This document shows positions 1 to 8,501 of a DNA stretch of 64,000 bases, piece after piece; the stretch's first letter is position 1, and each line of letters starts with the position of its first letter. Position numbers and translations under genes: made by a program. The DNA lies in NCBI GenBank assembly GCA_965249545.1, contig CBDFMH010000005.1, forward strand, positions 1,095,116 through 1,159,115, given 5' to 3'. The DNA comes from Pirellulales bacterium. Lineage in GTDB: Bacteria > Planctomycetota > Planctomycetia > Pirellulales > UBA1268. A model generated the notes under the pieces. The model worked only from the letters and a program-made list of their open reading frames with translations. It had not been told where the DNA came from and made no database searches.

Positions 1-273
1 CTGTATGACACACAGAATGATCCGTGGGAGGTTACGAATCTTGCCGGTGATCCTGCACATGCGACGCGTCTTGAAACTATGCGTGCCGCAACATTTGAGA
101 CCATGAAAGACATTCGTGACACAGGTCTTGTTCCTGAAGCGATGTATAACCAGATTTCTGAAAAAGGGACGGTCTACGACTATGTCCATAACAAGAACTT
201 TCCGTATGAAAAAGTTCTTGAGTTGGCAGTCACAGCATGTGATGGTGATGCTTCAAGCACTTTCCGAGCTTGA
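1..273 (+). CDS. Sulfatase-family protein, C-terminal fragment (5' end outside window)
   Basis: Frame +1 is open from nt 1. The translation LYDTQNDPWEVTNLAGDPAH... matches the conserved 'LYD..NDP.E..NLA' block near the C-terminus of arylsulfatase-type enzymes. The stop is at 271-273. Confidence 0.7.
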   Translation: MYDTQNDPWEVTNLAGDPAHATRLETMRAATFETMKDIRDTGLVPEAMYNQISEKGTVYDYVHNKNFPYEKVLELAVTACDGDASSTFRA

Positions 274-634
274 GAAAGTGATGAAGAGTAAACATCCTGT
301 GATGCGTTACTGGGGAGCAGTTGGCTGTACCATTCGTGGCAACAAGGCAGCATCGGCACGTGGGCTTTTGCAATCACTTCTTCGTGATCCAGAGCCGGCC
401 GTTCAACTTGCTGCTGCTGAGGCTCTAGTTGCCGTGGGCGAAAGGCAGGCCGGGCTGAAGGGGCTGGTAGATGTCTTGAGTACTACGCGTGATGAAATGG
501 TTGTGCTGGAAGCACTGCATATAGCCGCTGCATATAAATTGACTGGGAGCATACCTAGGCCTATCTATGAACAGGCATGTCAAGTTGGAAAATATCCCAA
601 AGGAATGCTGTCAGACTACCCTGATAACTCATAA
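116..634 (+). CDS. HEAT-repeat region, probably the frameshifted C-terminal continuation of the sulfatase (meaningful coding part ~245-634)
   Basis: The frame +2 translation ...LQALSELEKVMKSKHPVMRYWGAVGC...LLRDPEPAVQLAAAEALVAVGE... shows HEAT-like repeats of the kind that tail many planctomycete sulfatases. The first ~40 codons of the listed ORF overlap the sulfatase frame and look non-coding. Confidence 0.5.
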   Translation: MTQVLFLKRCITRFLKKGRSTTMSITRTFRMKKFLSWQSQHVMVMLQALSELEKVMKSKHPVMRYWGAVGCTIRGNKAASARGLLQSLLRDPEPAVQLAAAEALVAVGERQAGLKGLVDVLSTTRDEMVVLEALHIAAAYKLTGSIPRPIYEQACQVGKYPKGMLSDYPDNS

Positions 635-682
635 ATAGTTCTGATTCTGTTGCCTCGAAGTCGAGTGCCTGAGGCTGCGAAG

Positions 683-3040
683 TCATTCTGGTCCAGCAGC
701 AATATCAGAGACAACGATTTGCCCTGTAAAGTTTGCGTCAGACTGTGTGGTGTACCAAAGCGTGTCAGGGGCATCGAGGCCAACGTGCCAGATAACTACT
801 CCGACATCTTTACCACTTTCGCTCACACCGTTGGTGTAGATGTTTGACATGTCTTCAATGTCAGCAGAAGAACGAAGGAATAACGGATAGCCGGGAGCTT
901 GAATATTGAAGGCATACGTGACACCACGCTGGGCCTCAAATGTCGGATTTAACTGTCCGTCATAAAAATAACCAAGTGCGCTTGCTGTGATTTGTATGTA
1001 CGAATCGGGTGAAATATACGTTCGTTCAAGTTGTATTCCTTGTGCATTTTTTAACTCATGAAACAGCGAAGCAAGCATGCCGCCGTCGTCAATCGGAAGA
1101 AGGTAATCTGTCTGCGAACGTGTTAAGCGAAGCATGTGGCGTGAGGATGATTCAACGGCAGCAGTGATGGAAAAATCGTAGAGCCCGCTTGATTGGAGAG
1201 GCGTGCTACTATCTTTTTGAAGCGGGAGAAGGGCAGCCGATCCTCGTATTAAGTACATTTGACTCGATGAGTTATAGGCGAGTCCAGCAGTTCCTTCATT
1301 CTCAAGAATGCCAAGGGCTTCAATGGCAGTTGAGGTCACACGCTCGCGTTTTCCTCTACCGTCGCGATGGGTCACTTCAACTGAAAGGTTCTTACCCGTA
1401 TCAGAAGAAGACAGGGCGTATGTTGTCGATGTCGCCGATGGAATTGGCACGCCATCTCGAAGCCATTGGTAGGTGACATCAAATATGCCGTCAGTATCAG
1501 TCACACTGTGAGAGACTGATAGCTCAGAACTGGGAAGAGGAAGGCCTGTAACATCATTGCGGCCACTCGGTGTAGCGTTTGGACCTCCAATGAGAGGACG
1601 TGACGCATTGCTGACTGCTCCGAGTGCACCTATGCCAGCAGCTTGGCGAGACTGGCCAAATGCATCACCGAGACCGATTGATGGCAGATCCCATCCTGCT
1701 TGCAGGGCAATGCCTTGATTACGCAACGGTGAAGCATTAGTCGGTTGATAGTTTCCTGTGTTTGTGACATGAAAGAGTGGTTCGGCGTCAGTTACAAAAA
1801 GCCCTGCTGAAACATCAAGTGGATCTTTACGGACAGACGTGCCCTGGTAATTCCAGACAAGGTTTCCACCACCACTAAACTGGACAGTATCTGTTACCCG
1901 GCCACTTCCGGCGTTCACTCGCAGGGCGTATCCACCTAAAGAACCGTCTGCTACAGACACATTGTTTGCCATGCGAACATCACGCCCAAGATCCGTGGTG
2001 CCGTTATTGTCGGGCTCATGGGTGATGCCGATATTCAGACCAGTATCAAGCTCCCAGATTGTTCCATACAAAGAGTTGAGAACGCTTGTGTTATGAATGA
2101 TATCAACGCGATCTGTTGCATGACTATTAATGCCAGAAAGTGCATTTAGATAGGTCATATTGTTGGCGATGAGAATTCGCCCGGTCGCATCTTCGGCAAG
2201 CCATGTATCGTTGTCCTGCCACTCAGGGGAGATGCCTTTGCCCTCATCGAGATGGGGTGTAATAAATGTTTTTGACGGTACCCACGAGAAAACTTCATTG
2301 AACACATGGTGAACGGTATTATTCGCCACAACAATTTTGTACAGGTTGCTCTGGTCGCTTTCGATGGGAATATCATGAGTTGTTTCCCAAGGCTCAATTC
2401 CCATCGTGCCAAGTGATGAAGTCCGTGTTGCATCATGGACTTCATTACCAATGATATTGACATACTCACTTCTGATCGACTTAATTGCAGTCCCTTGAAT
2501 ATGATGGACATGGTTGTCCAGAACATCAACAAACTTTGATTGTCGAACAAGAATACCTTGGCTTCGTGAGTAAATTGGTCGTATCGAATTGGCAAGCGTA
2601 CTTAATGAGCCAGGTGTTGAGTAATGGTCTTCGACATACTCAGCCGTGCTGCCGTATGGGACACGATAAAAGTAGTCATACGTGCCATCGCTGTTTGCGA
2701 AATGGTCGTAGTTCGTGCGGGAGTAGCCTTCGTTTGTCGTATTCACACGATAAAGGAATTGAAGTGCTGAGGCGACATCGCCACTTATATGGTCAACCGC
2801 CCCCTTCACTTCAAAGCCAATAATACGGATGTGCGAACTATTCTGAATAATGAACCCGGCATAGTCATCGGCATGTACGGTCGTTGTGTCATCCCACGCT
2901 TTAAATGTGATGGGAGCGGCAGGTGTTCCATGCAGATTGTTGATTTTTACGCCGGCACTGCTTGATCGCCACAGATATGGGTCCATTCGGATTGTTGTCG
3001 TAGCGAAAGTCTGGGTTGTAGTCATCTGCAGCGTAGTCAC
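683..3040 (-). CDS. Right-handed parallel beta-helix (pectate-lyase fold) protein, C-terminal fragment of the same frameshifted gene
   Basis: Repeated PbH1-like rungs are visible: NSSHIRIIGFEVKG, VLDNHVHHIQG, IIGNEVHD, VVANNTVHHV, LIANNMTYLN, IIHNTSVLN, RMANNVSVAD. The frame is continuous with 2901..4763 if one G of the ggg run at 2979-2981 is removed (...NPNGP|YLWRSSSAGVKINNLHGT...). Confidence 0.6.
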   Translation of the reverse strand: MTTLQMTTTQTFATTTIRMDPYLWRSSSAGVKINNLHGTPAAPITFKAWDDTTTVHADDYAGFIIQNSSHIRIIGFEVKGAVDHISGDVASALQFLYRVNTTNEGYSRTNYDHFANSDGTYDYFYRVPYGSTAEYVEDHYSTPGSLSTLANSIRPIYSRSQGILVRQSKFVDVLDNHVHHIQGTAIKSIRSEYVNIIGNEVHDATRTSSLGTMGIEPWETTHDIPIESDQSNLYKIVVANNTVHHVFNEVFSWVPSKTFITPHLDEGKGISPEWQDNDTWLAEDATGRILIANNMTYLNALSGINSHATDRVDIIHNTSVLNSLYGTIWELDTGLNIGITHEPDNNGTTDLGRDVRMANNVSVADGSLGGYALRVNAGSGRVTDTVQFSGGGNLVWNYQGTSVRKDPLDVSAGLFVTDAEPLFHVTNTGNYQPTNASPLRNQGIALQAGWDLPSIGLGDAFGQSRQAAGIGALGAVSNASRPLIGGPNATPSGRNDVTGLPLPSSELSVSHSVTDTDGIFDVTYQWLRDGVPIPSATSTTYALSSSDTGKNLSVEVTHRDGRGKRERVTSTAIEALGILENEGTAGLAYNSSSQMYLIRGSAALLPLQKDSSTPLQSSGLYDFSITAAVESSSRHMLRLTRSQTDYLLPIDDGGMLASLFHELKNAQGIQLERTYISPDSYIQITASALGYFYDGQLNPTFEAQRGVTYAFNIQAPGYPLFLRSSADIEDMSNIYTNGVSESGKDVGVVIWHVGLDAPDTLWYTTQSDANFTGQIVVSDIAAGPE

Positions 3041-4763
3041 CTACAAAGTAAACGGTATCACCAGGCTGCAGGAACGTGTCGCCGTTGATCTTACGGAGAA
3101 TGGCAGCCGTGGATTGAAATGGACTTTCAAGGGAAAGGCCATCATTGGTATTTGATCCAGTTGCCTTATTTATAAAAAATGTTCGTGAGTGCGCAACATA
3201 GGGTTGTGCTCGAGCATGCACGACACGACTGGGGGAGTTTGAATTCGATGCAAAGATTCGTATTGTGGGCAGGTTGTGCAGTGCGTTGACTGCACCGGCA
3301 CCGGCTGATGTAAGTGTTATGACCCGTTGCTGGAAATCAATTTCATAGTACGGATTGCCGTTGGTATCAGAGGGCGCGTTGCCATCTGGTGTAGCCCAAT
3401 ACAAATCAGAGCCATCCCCTTCGGGGTCCGTAACCAAAAAACTTGCTACCGTGTCACCTTGATTGGCAGGTGAAAGAAGAGGGTTCAAGTTACGGCCGAG
3501 AATGGAGAGTGCAGGAAGCTGATTTGCAGGTTCGATGGTGACCGTAATAGTGGCAGGGACTGATGCAGAGCCACCGCTTGTAAACGCATAGGAAAATGTG
3601 TCGTTGATAGGCGAGGCAACGTCACTTCCTCCATGTTCGTAGTATGCTCGACCGGTTGGACGAACATACAACGTGCCTTCGGTACCCACGACCTGCTTAT
3701 ATCCAAAGACATGTGAAAACGTCGGGTGGTCGGCGTCTGGTAGCTGCGACCATTCAGTGCCATTGAGTGAAGCAATGACAGACGTTCCAGATGGACCAAT
3801 AAGATCATCATTGTCTAGGAGCATGAGCGGTGACAGGAGGGTGTCTGCACCTTCTTTGACAGTGACCGCATCATCAGTTGCTTGTGCTGCCTGCTTGATA
3901 AAGGAGTAGCTTACAAATGGTTGTGTCTGCACAGGTGATTCACTGCTGTAGACATAGTGTCGCTGCGATCCATTTTGAGCGGTGGTGGTTCCAGCAGAGG
4001 GGTTTGCCTGGTTTGCTGCGAGCAAAAGAAATGCAAGATCTCGGTTTGATGCGCCTGATGCTGAGATGTCATATGTGACTCGTTTGCCGTCTTCAGTTGT
4101 GATGTTTTGAGAGGCGAGCACATCAGTGACTGAAGCGTTAGCATCTGCATTTGTTGGTGGTGAGGAAGCCGTATACGGGCGAGTCTCGTATGTTAATGAG
4201 TCCTCGTTCCATGAAGCATCTGCAAGGACTAAAAGCTGAACGGTTCCAGCCTCAGCATTTGAGCCAGGCCCCTGATACATCGTAAAGGAAGCATCGACAA
4301 GAGTATCTGAAGGCTCAAGATTGAGTGATAAGACATGTGTTCGCAAATAAACTGCTGAATGAAAGTTGTCGGTTGCGTCTTGTTTGCGTACGAGCATCGA
4401 CTGAAGATCACGTTGACGTCCACCATTGACGTAGCCAACATCGAGATCGTCTGTGATGGCAAACCGCTGCGTGACAAGCGAAGCGGTTTTATTGTTAGAA
4501 GAAACTTCGAGGAGTGGGAGTGCATTTCCCGCATTCACATGGTCAACAGCGGACTGTGTCATTCGCACAGATGTGCCATCAATTGAGTAGTACTGTGCGC
4601 CCTGCGAGATTGTAGTGTTGGCATGCACGAGCTCAGCAATTGTATGTCCAGCTTCAAACTGATTGCCGGCGGGCTGAAGATACAATTGTGAAAATGTTGC
4701 ATCGAGCGCAAGCCGCGCCTCGAGAGGCTCTGGTGTCGAGAGTCGTGTGGTGATTTGTCGCAT
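2901..4763 (-). CDS. Large secreted protein, N-terminal fragment (Ig/cadherin-like modules), continues in 683..3040 after a frameshift
   Basis: An ATG at 4763 gives MRQITTRLSTPEPLEARLALDA, the planctomycete-style N-terminal motif. Downstream are ...ASWNEDSLTYETRP (DNRLRE-like) and ...DDAVTVKEGADTLL...NDTFSYAFTSGG...TITVTIEP (cadherin/VCBS-like). The last ~20 codons (ISVAIKQCRRKNQQS...) look out of frame. Confidence 0.6.
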   Translation of the reverse strand: MRQITTRLSTPEPLEARLALDATFSQLYLQPAGNQFEAGHTIAELVHANTTISQGAQYYSIDGTSVRMTQSAVDHVNAGNALPLLEVSSNNKTASLVTQRFAITDDLDVGYVNGGRQRDLQSMLVRKQDATDNFHSAVYLRTHVLSLNLEPSDTLVDASFTMYQGPGSNAEAGTVQLLVLADASWNEDSLTYETRPYTASSPPTNADANASVTDVLASQNITTEDGKRVTYDISASGASNRDLAFLLLAANQANPSAGTTTAQNGSQRHYVYSSESPVQTQPFVSYSFIKQAAQATDDAVTVKEGADTLLSPLMLLDNDDLIGPSGTSVIASLNGTEWSQLPDADHPTFSHVFGYKQVVGTEGTLYVRPTGRAYYEHGGSDVASPINDTFSYAFTSGGSASVPATITVTIEPANQLPALSILGRNLNPLLSPANQGDTVASFLVTDPEGDGSDLYWATPDGNAPSDTNGNPYYEIDFQQRVITLTSAGAGAVNALHNLPTIRIFASNSNSPSRVVHARAQPYVAHSRTFFINKATGSNTNDGLSLESPFQSTAAILRKINGDTFLQPGDTVYFVGDYAADDYNPDFRYDNNPNGPISVAIKQCRRKNQQSAWNTCRSHHI

Positions 4764-5010
4764 TGTATCACCGGAGAAAACAAAAACCCCTGAAAAATGA
4801 TCGCAGATACACCCTGCCCCACGATCAAAAGACCTAGCAAAGTATACAGTTTTTATGCAGAAATTGTACGATTTTGGAGCATGCTTTTTGTCAGATTTTA
4901 CATGCACTCGCCGGGTTAAAAACTGGCTGAGAGCGTAACAGGTCGTCTACGAAATTTGCACAGGTTCAATCTTCTACCCAAGCCCCAGCCAAAGCGTCAA
5001 GAAAGCTCTC

Positions 5011-6105
5011 TTACCAGAAACCATCGAACCATCTCCAGAGCGGATGATGAAGAAAAGCGACGGCAGAAAAAATGAATGTTTCAGAAACTACGAACCTCTT
5101 CTTTGTTATTTGTTTGATCACACAAATGGTGGCAAGGACGACAGCAGTGAATAGCAGAATTGTCACAGTGGCCTGCCACCCCAAAACAATACCTACCAGC
5201 ATGCCAGCTAATGAAAATACACTACTGGATGGAGGTGTAAGTTTGCTGCAACTACATAAATATTGAATGATGCTTGTGAGGAACCAGCCAATCAAGCCGC
5301 CTGCTATGCAGGTAACGATTGGAATCATCGATGGCGGTATCGCGCTACCAAGATCCGTAGGTAGGTGATGATAAAATTTGACGGGCTGAAGAGTGGGAAT
5401 ACCAATGGATAATCCTGCAAAGACGCAGAGCATGATCCCCGCTAGCCACTTTGGGCAGCGGAGTCGGTCGATATCCATGAGTGACAGCATCAACAGGCAG
5501 CTGAACAATGCGGCGTGATAAAGATAGATTCCGATAACGGGCCATTTTGTGTACAGAATAATCCATATGATTCCATCATAAAAATATCGTTTAAATCCGG
5601 GAACATTGGTCGCACCTGTCACTAATTCAAAAAGAAAAAGCGATCCGAATATGGTCGCTCCAATAAGTTCAGTCAGAAAGTAGCGGATAGGAATTGGGGA
5701 CAAGCAATTCCGGCAGCGTCCTCCGAGATTCAGGTAGCTAAAGAGTGGTAAGTTATCAATCCGGCTAATAGTCATACCGCAAGCAGGACAGGCTGATGCT
5801 CGTGTGGTGACCGTTCCGCCGCGAGGGATGCTATTCGCGACAACATTGATAAAACTTGCGATGCATGCTCCGTAGTATGTGAATATTGCAAATACCAAGA
5901 ACTTTGCAGTTCGTATACGTAAGAGCTCAAACGAGTCTAAATCTTTAGCATGTATGACAGACGGCTGTTCACGAAAATTTTGTAGAAATGCATCAGCCGT
6001 TGGAACAATGACCAGGTAGGTAAATAGAATGCCACCAATTGATAGCCATGCGAGTGTCCGAAGCGACCATGTCTTCTTCTGTTCGTGGTCGCTTTCGTTA
6101 TCCAC
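5011..6105 (-). CDS. Prepilin peptidase (A24 family) homolog
   Basis: ACPACGMTISRIDNLPLFSYLNLGGRCRNCLSPIPIRYFLTELIGA is the PilD N-terminal Cys-box domain. It is followed by a polytopic membrane region with LMDIDRL (first Asp motif). No GxGD motif is visible. Confidence 0.7.
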   Translation of the reverse strand: MDNESDHEQKKTWSLRTLAWLSIGGILFTYLVIVPTADAFLQNFREQPSVIHAKDLDSFELLRIRTAKFLVFAIFTYYGACIASFINVVANSIPRGGTVTTRASACPACGMTISRIDNLPLFSYLNLGGRCRNCLSPIPIRYFLTELIGATIFGSLFLFELVTGATNVPGFKRYFYDGIIWIILYTKWPVIGIYLYHAALFSCLLMLSLMDIDRLRCPKWLAGIMLCVFAGLSIGIPTLQPVKFYHHLPTDLGSAIPPSMIPIVTCIAGGLIGWFLTSIIQYLCSCSKLTPPSSSVFSLAGMLVGIVLGWQATVTILLFTAVVLATICVIKQITKKRFVVSETFIFSAVAFLHHPLWRWFDGFW

Positions 6106-6131
6106 CCCGCACCTCCGGCATAAATCTTCAA

Positions 6132-6149
6132 GTAGGCCCGGACGGACTC
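6132..6149 (-). repeat. 18-nt copy of the tRNA-Met 3' end (att-core-like direct repeat, distal copy)
   Basis: The plus-strand text gtaggcccggacggactc is identical to 9811-9828 (inside the tRNA) and to 7975-7992. Confidence 0.75.
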
Positions 6150-6192
6150 AGGCGACACTATAAATAGAGTACCAAATTACCTACATGACTGA

Positions 6193-6528
6193 TTACTCGA
6201 CTGTTTTGGTTCCAATCAGCACCATCTTGTTCCGATTCCCACCTTCAGTATCGAACGCAGTTAGTTGATTCCTGAAGAATAGGCCAGCGGATTGCGTGTC
6301 GATTTTGTACCGATTCGCCAGAACTCACTTAATTGCTGTTAAAGGCCCGGTTTTGACCTTTGGAATCTCGGCAAGATAGTCAGCGAAAATCTTGTTCAGC
6401 AGCAGGTCGTCCGCGGTCTCTGTTACTACATGCATGGGGTTGACTTGGTGAGACAAAAAATTTCGAGTGAGCATCGCAAGAGCGTCATCATAGGTGACGT
6501 AGATTGAGGCACTTCGAAAAGGATTCAA
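6193..6528 (-). pseudogene. Decayed paralog of the 151-aa protein at 7991..8446 (in-frame TGA, internal deletion)
   Basis: The listed ORF 6325..6528 ends ...GPLTAIK* (TGA at 6325-6327). The same frame then continues VLANRYKIDTQSAGLFFRNQLTAFDTEGGNRNKMVLIGTKTVE* to a TAA at 6193-6195. This matches ...SFTAIKRVLANRYKIDTQSAGLFFRNQVKVFDTEGGNRNKMVLIRTK in the intact copy, where the corresponding codon is CGA at 8156-8158. Confidence 0.7.
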
Positions 6529-6752
6529 AAGGCAAAGGAAAGTAGAGAATTGACTAGGGTTATGTGTCGGAATCTAAGAAATTGCTATTTCTATTATCGA
6601 TGTAAACAGATTATAAAAATCGTAGACAAAACACCCTTCCTGCTAGTCGTGAATCAAGACTAGCGATGTCATTGAAGAATGAATATTTAAGCTCTGATGC
6701 CCGGTCGTTTATTTGCTGCTGCATGAATTATTGAAAGGCAGATATTAATCCA

Positions 6753-7574
6753 ATGAGTTGGTTAAGAAAAAAAACAAGGAAGCCAGTCACTCCCAAGTGG
6801 GGACAGGTTTTTGATCTTTCAAAGAAGAGGTTGTTGAGTTTAGACGGTTTTAACTTGTACATCATGCCTGAGGACTATATAGGATCGGGAATTCAGAACA
6901 GCAAGGTGCATGAGCCTCACGTCACAAACGTAATTAGAAGAACGCTATCGGAAGGCGATACTTTTCTAGATGTGGGAGCAAATATAGGCTACTTTAGCAT
7001 GCTGGCGAGTTCATTAGTGGGAAAGACTGGGAAAGTAATTGCTTTCGAGCCTAATCCACAGAATCAACAATTAATATTTTCTTCAATTTTGGAAAATAGC
7101 GGCAACATTAAATTATTTCCTTATGCAGTCTCTAATACTGCTGCAGTTTTAAGGTTCATTAATGTTGGATCTAATGGTGGTGTCGTAAGCAAGTCGTCAA
7201 AAAAGCAGGATTTTTCATTTTATGTCCAATCAGTCATTCTTGATGAACTTCTAAAAGATGAGAAACGTATTGACCTGATTAAAATTGATGTAGAAGCTCA
7301 TGAGCCATATGCACTAAAAGGCATGGAAAATTTACTGAGCAGGCTAAAACCAAATATCATTACTGAGTTTCACCCTTGGGCCATGGAACTTAATAACACA
7401 GAGGCTCCAGAAGAATATCTTCATTATTTATTTGGGCTAGATTATAGCTTATCTATTATCTTAGAGAGCGGTGAATTGAGGGCAGTAAAGGAAGCTGAGG
7501 ATATCATGGAATACTATCGTGCTTTGAACAGAGAAGAAGCGAACCTTGATCTTTATGCATCGCCAGTTAAGTAA
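6753..7574 (+). CDS. FkbM-family SAM-dependent methyltransferase
   Basis: Motifs: FLDVGANIGYFS...KVIAFEPNPQN...IDLIKIDVEAHEPYALKGM...IITEFHP. The gene is visibly AT-rich compared with its neighbours. Confidence 0.85.
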   Translation: MSWLRKKTRKPVTPKWGQVFDLSKKRLLSLDGFNLYIMPEDYIGSGIQNSKVHEPHVTNVIRRTLSEGDTFLDVGANIGYFSMLASSLVGKTGKVIAFEPNPQNQQLIFSSILENSGNIKLFPYAVSNTAAVLRFINVGSNGGVVSKSSKKQDFSFYVQSVILDELLKDEKRIDLIKIDVEAHEPYALKGMENLLSRLKPNIITEFHPWAMELNNTEAPEEYLHYLFGLDYSLSIILESGELRAVKEAEDIMEYYRALNREEANLDLYASPVK

Positions 7575-7834
7575 GATTCACCAATAAATTTAAATTCGAC
7601 AGGTCTCAGGAGGCGTGAATGCTTGAGTAACTAGCTGCATTATCCAAACAGCAAACACTTTTAATTAATGTAGATGCAGATCGTTAACTTCAATGATCAA
7701 TCCAAGATAATTTTCTTATTCGTTGGCGACGACTTTAGGTGACGTCTCAACCGTCATTAATTTTTATGCCAGAGCAGGGAAGTAAGGCCGCGAAGATAAA
7801 ACCACCATGCCTTGTTTTTCAGTATTTAGACAAC

Positions 7835-7992
7835 GACGTGACTCTTTTTGGAACGTGACTCTTTTTTCGACTTCTCATCGAGTGTCATCGAGGATCGCCA
7901 AATGAGCAATCGTGTTATATATACTGAGCAAACACGATATTTCCTTTGGTCTAGTGTCTTTCGGAAATGTTGTAGTAGGCCCGGACGGACTC
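7835..7992 (-). repeat. Duplicate of the tRNA downstream flank (140 bp) plus the 18-nt tRNA 3' end
   Basis: 7835-7974 aligns base-for-base with 9671-9810. By my count there are about 7 mismatches in the first 105 nt and more toward the tRNA-proximal end. It is followed by gtaggcccggacggactc. Confidence 0.8.
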
Positions 7993-8446
7993 AGGCGAAC
8001 ACTGAAAACATAGTACCAAAATTCGCCGTGACTCTTTTAGTTCTAATCAGCACCATCTTGTTCCGATTCCCTCCTTCTGTATCGAACACCTTGACTTGAT
8101 TCCTAAAGAATAGGCCAGCAGATTGCGTGTCGATTTTGTACCGATTCGCCAGAACTCGCTTGATCGCCGTGAATGACATGGTCTTGGGCTTGGGATTCTC
8201 CGCGACATAGTCAGCGAGAACCTTGTCCAGCAGCTTTTCATTGTTTTCCGTGGCTACATACACCGGATTCTCCGTAAGTATCAGCAGGATATAACGATAA
8301 GCACCTTTCAGGAACTTCAACGTGAAGTAGGAATACTGGTTGCCTTTGCCGCTAAGTGGTTTGTTGTAATACGTGAAGCCATCGGCCTCAGCAAGTTCGG
8401 CGTCGTAGCCGAATACAGTGATCGCAATCGTGCTTTTGCGAAACAC
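7991..8446 (-). CDS. Hypothetical 151-aa protein (family not recognised); its 3' end overlaps the att-like repeat
   Basis: An intact ORF, MFRKSTIAITVFGYDAELAEADGF...FTAIKRVLANRYKIDTQSAGLFFRNQ.... A paralogous remnant lies at 6193..6528 in the same position relative to the repeat. Confidence 0.6.
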   Translation of the reverse strand: MFRKSTIAITVFGYDAELAEADGFTYYNKPLSGKGNQYSYFTLKFLKGAYRYILLILTENPVYVATENNEKLLDKVLADYVAENPKPKTMSFTAIKRVLANRYKIDTQSAGLFFRNQVKVFDTEGGNRNKMVLIRTKRVTANFGTMFSVFA

Positions 8447-8501
8447 GTCATGCTATGCTCTCTGTTCCTCAGAACGAAATGACTCATTTCACTCGGTAGA
8501 T

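Larger units (their letters stand above)
6132..7974 (-). mobile_element. Cassette A: distal ~1.84-kb att-bounded unit (140-bp arm, FkbM methyltransferase, decayed 151-aa-family gene, tRNA 3' fragment)
   Basis: The unit is bounded by the 18-nt tRNA-3'-end repeats at 7975-7992 and 6132-6149. It has the same parts list as cassette B. No integrase is present. Confidence 0.4.

Noticed and set aside
6325-6327. The in-frame TGA as a selenocysteine or other recoding site
   Set aside because: The paralog has an ordinary Arg codon (CGA) there. I saw no adjacent stem-loop, and the copy has also lost ~40 internal codons. A nonsense mutation is the simpler reading.
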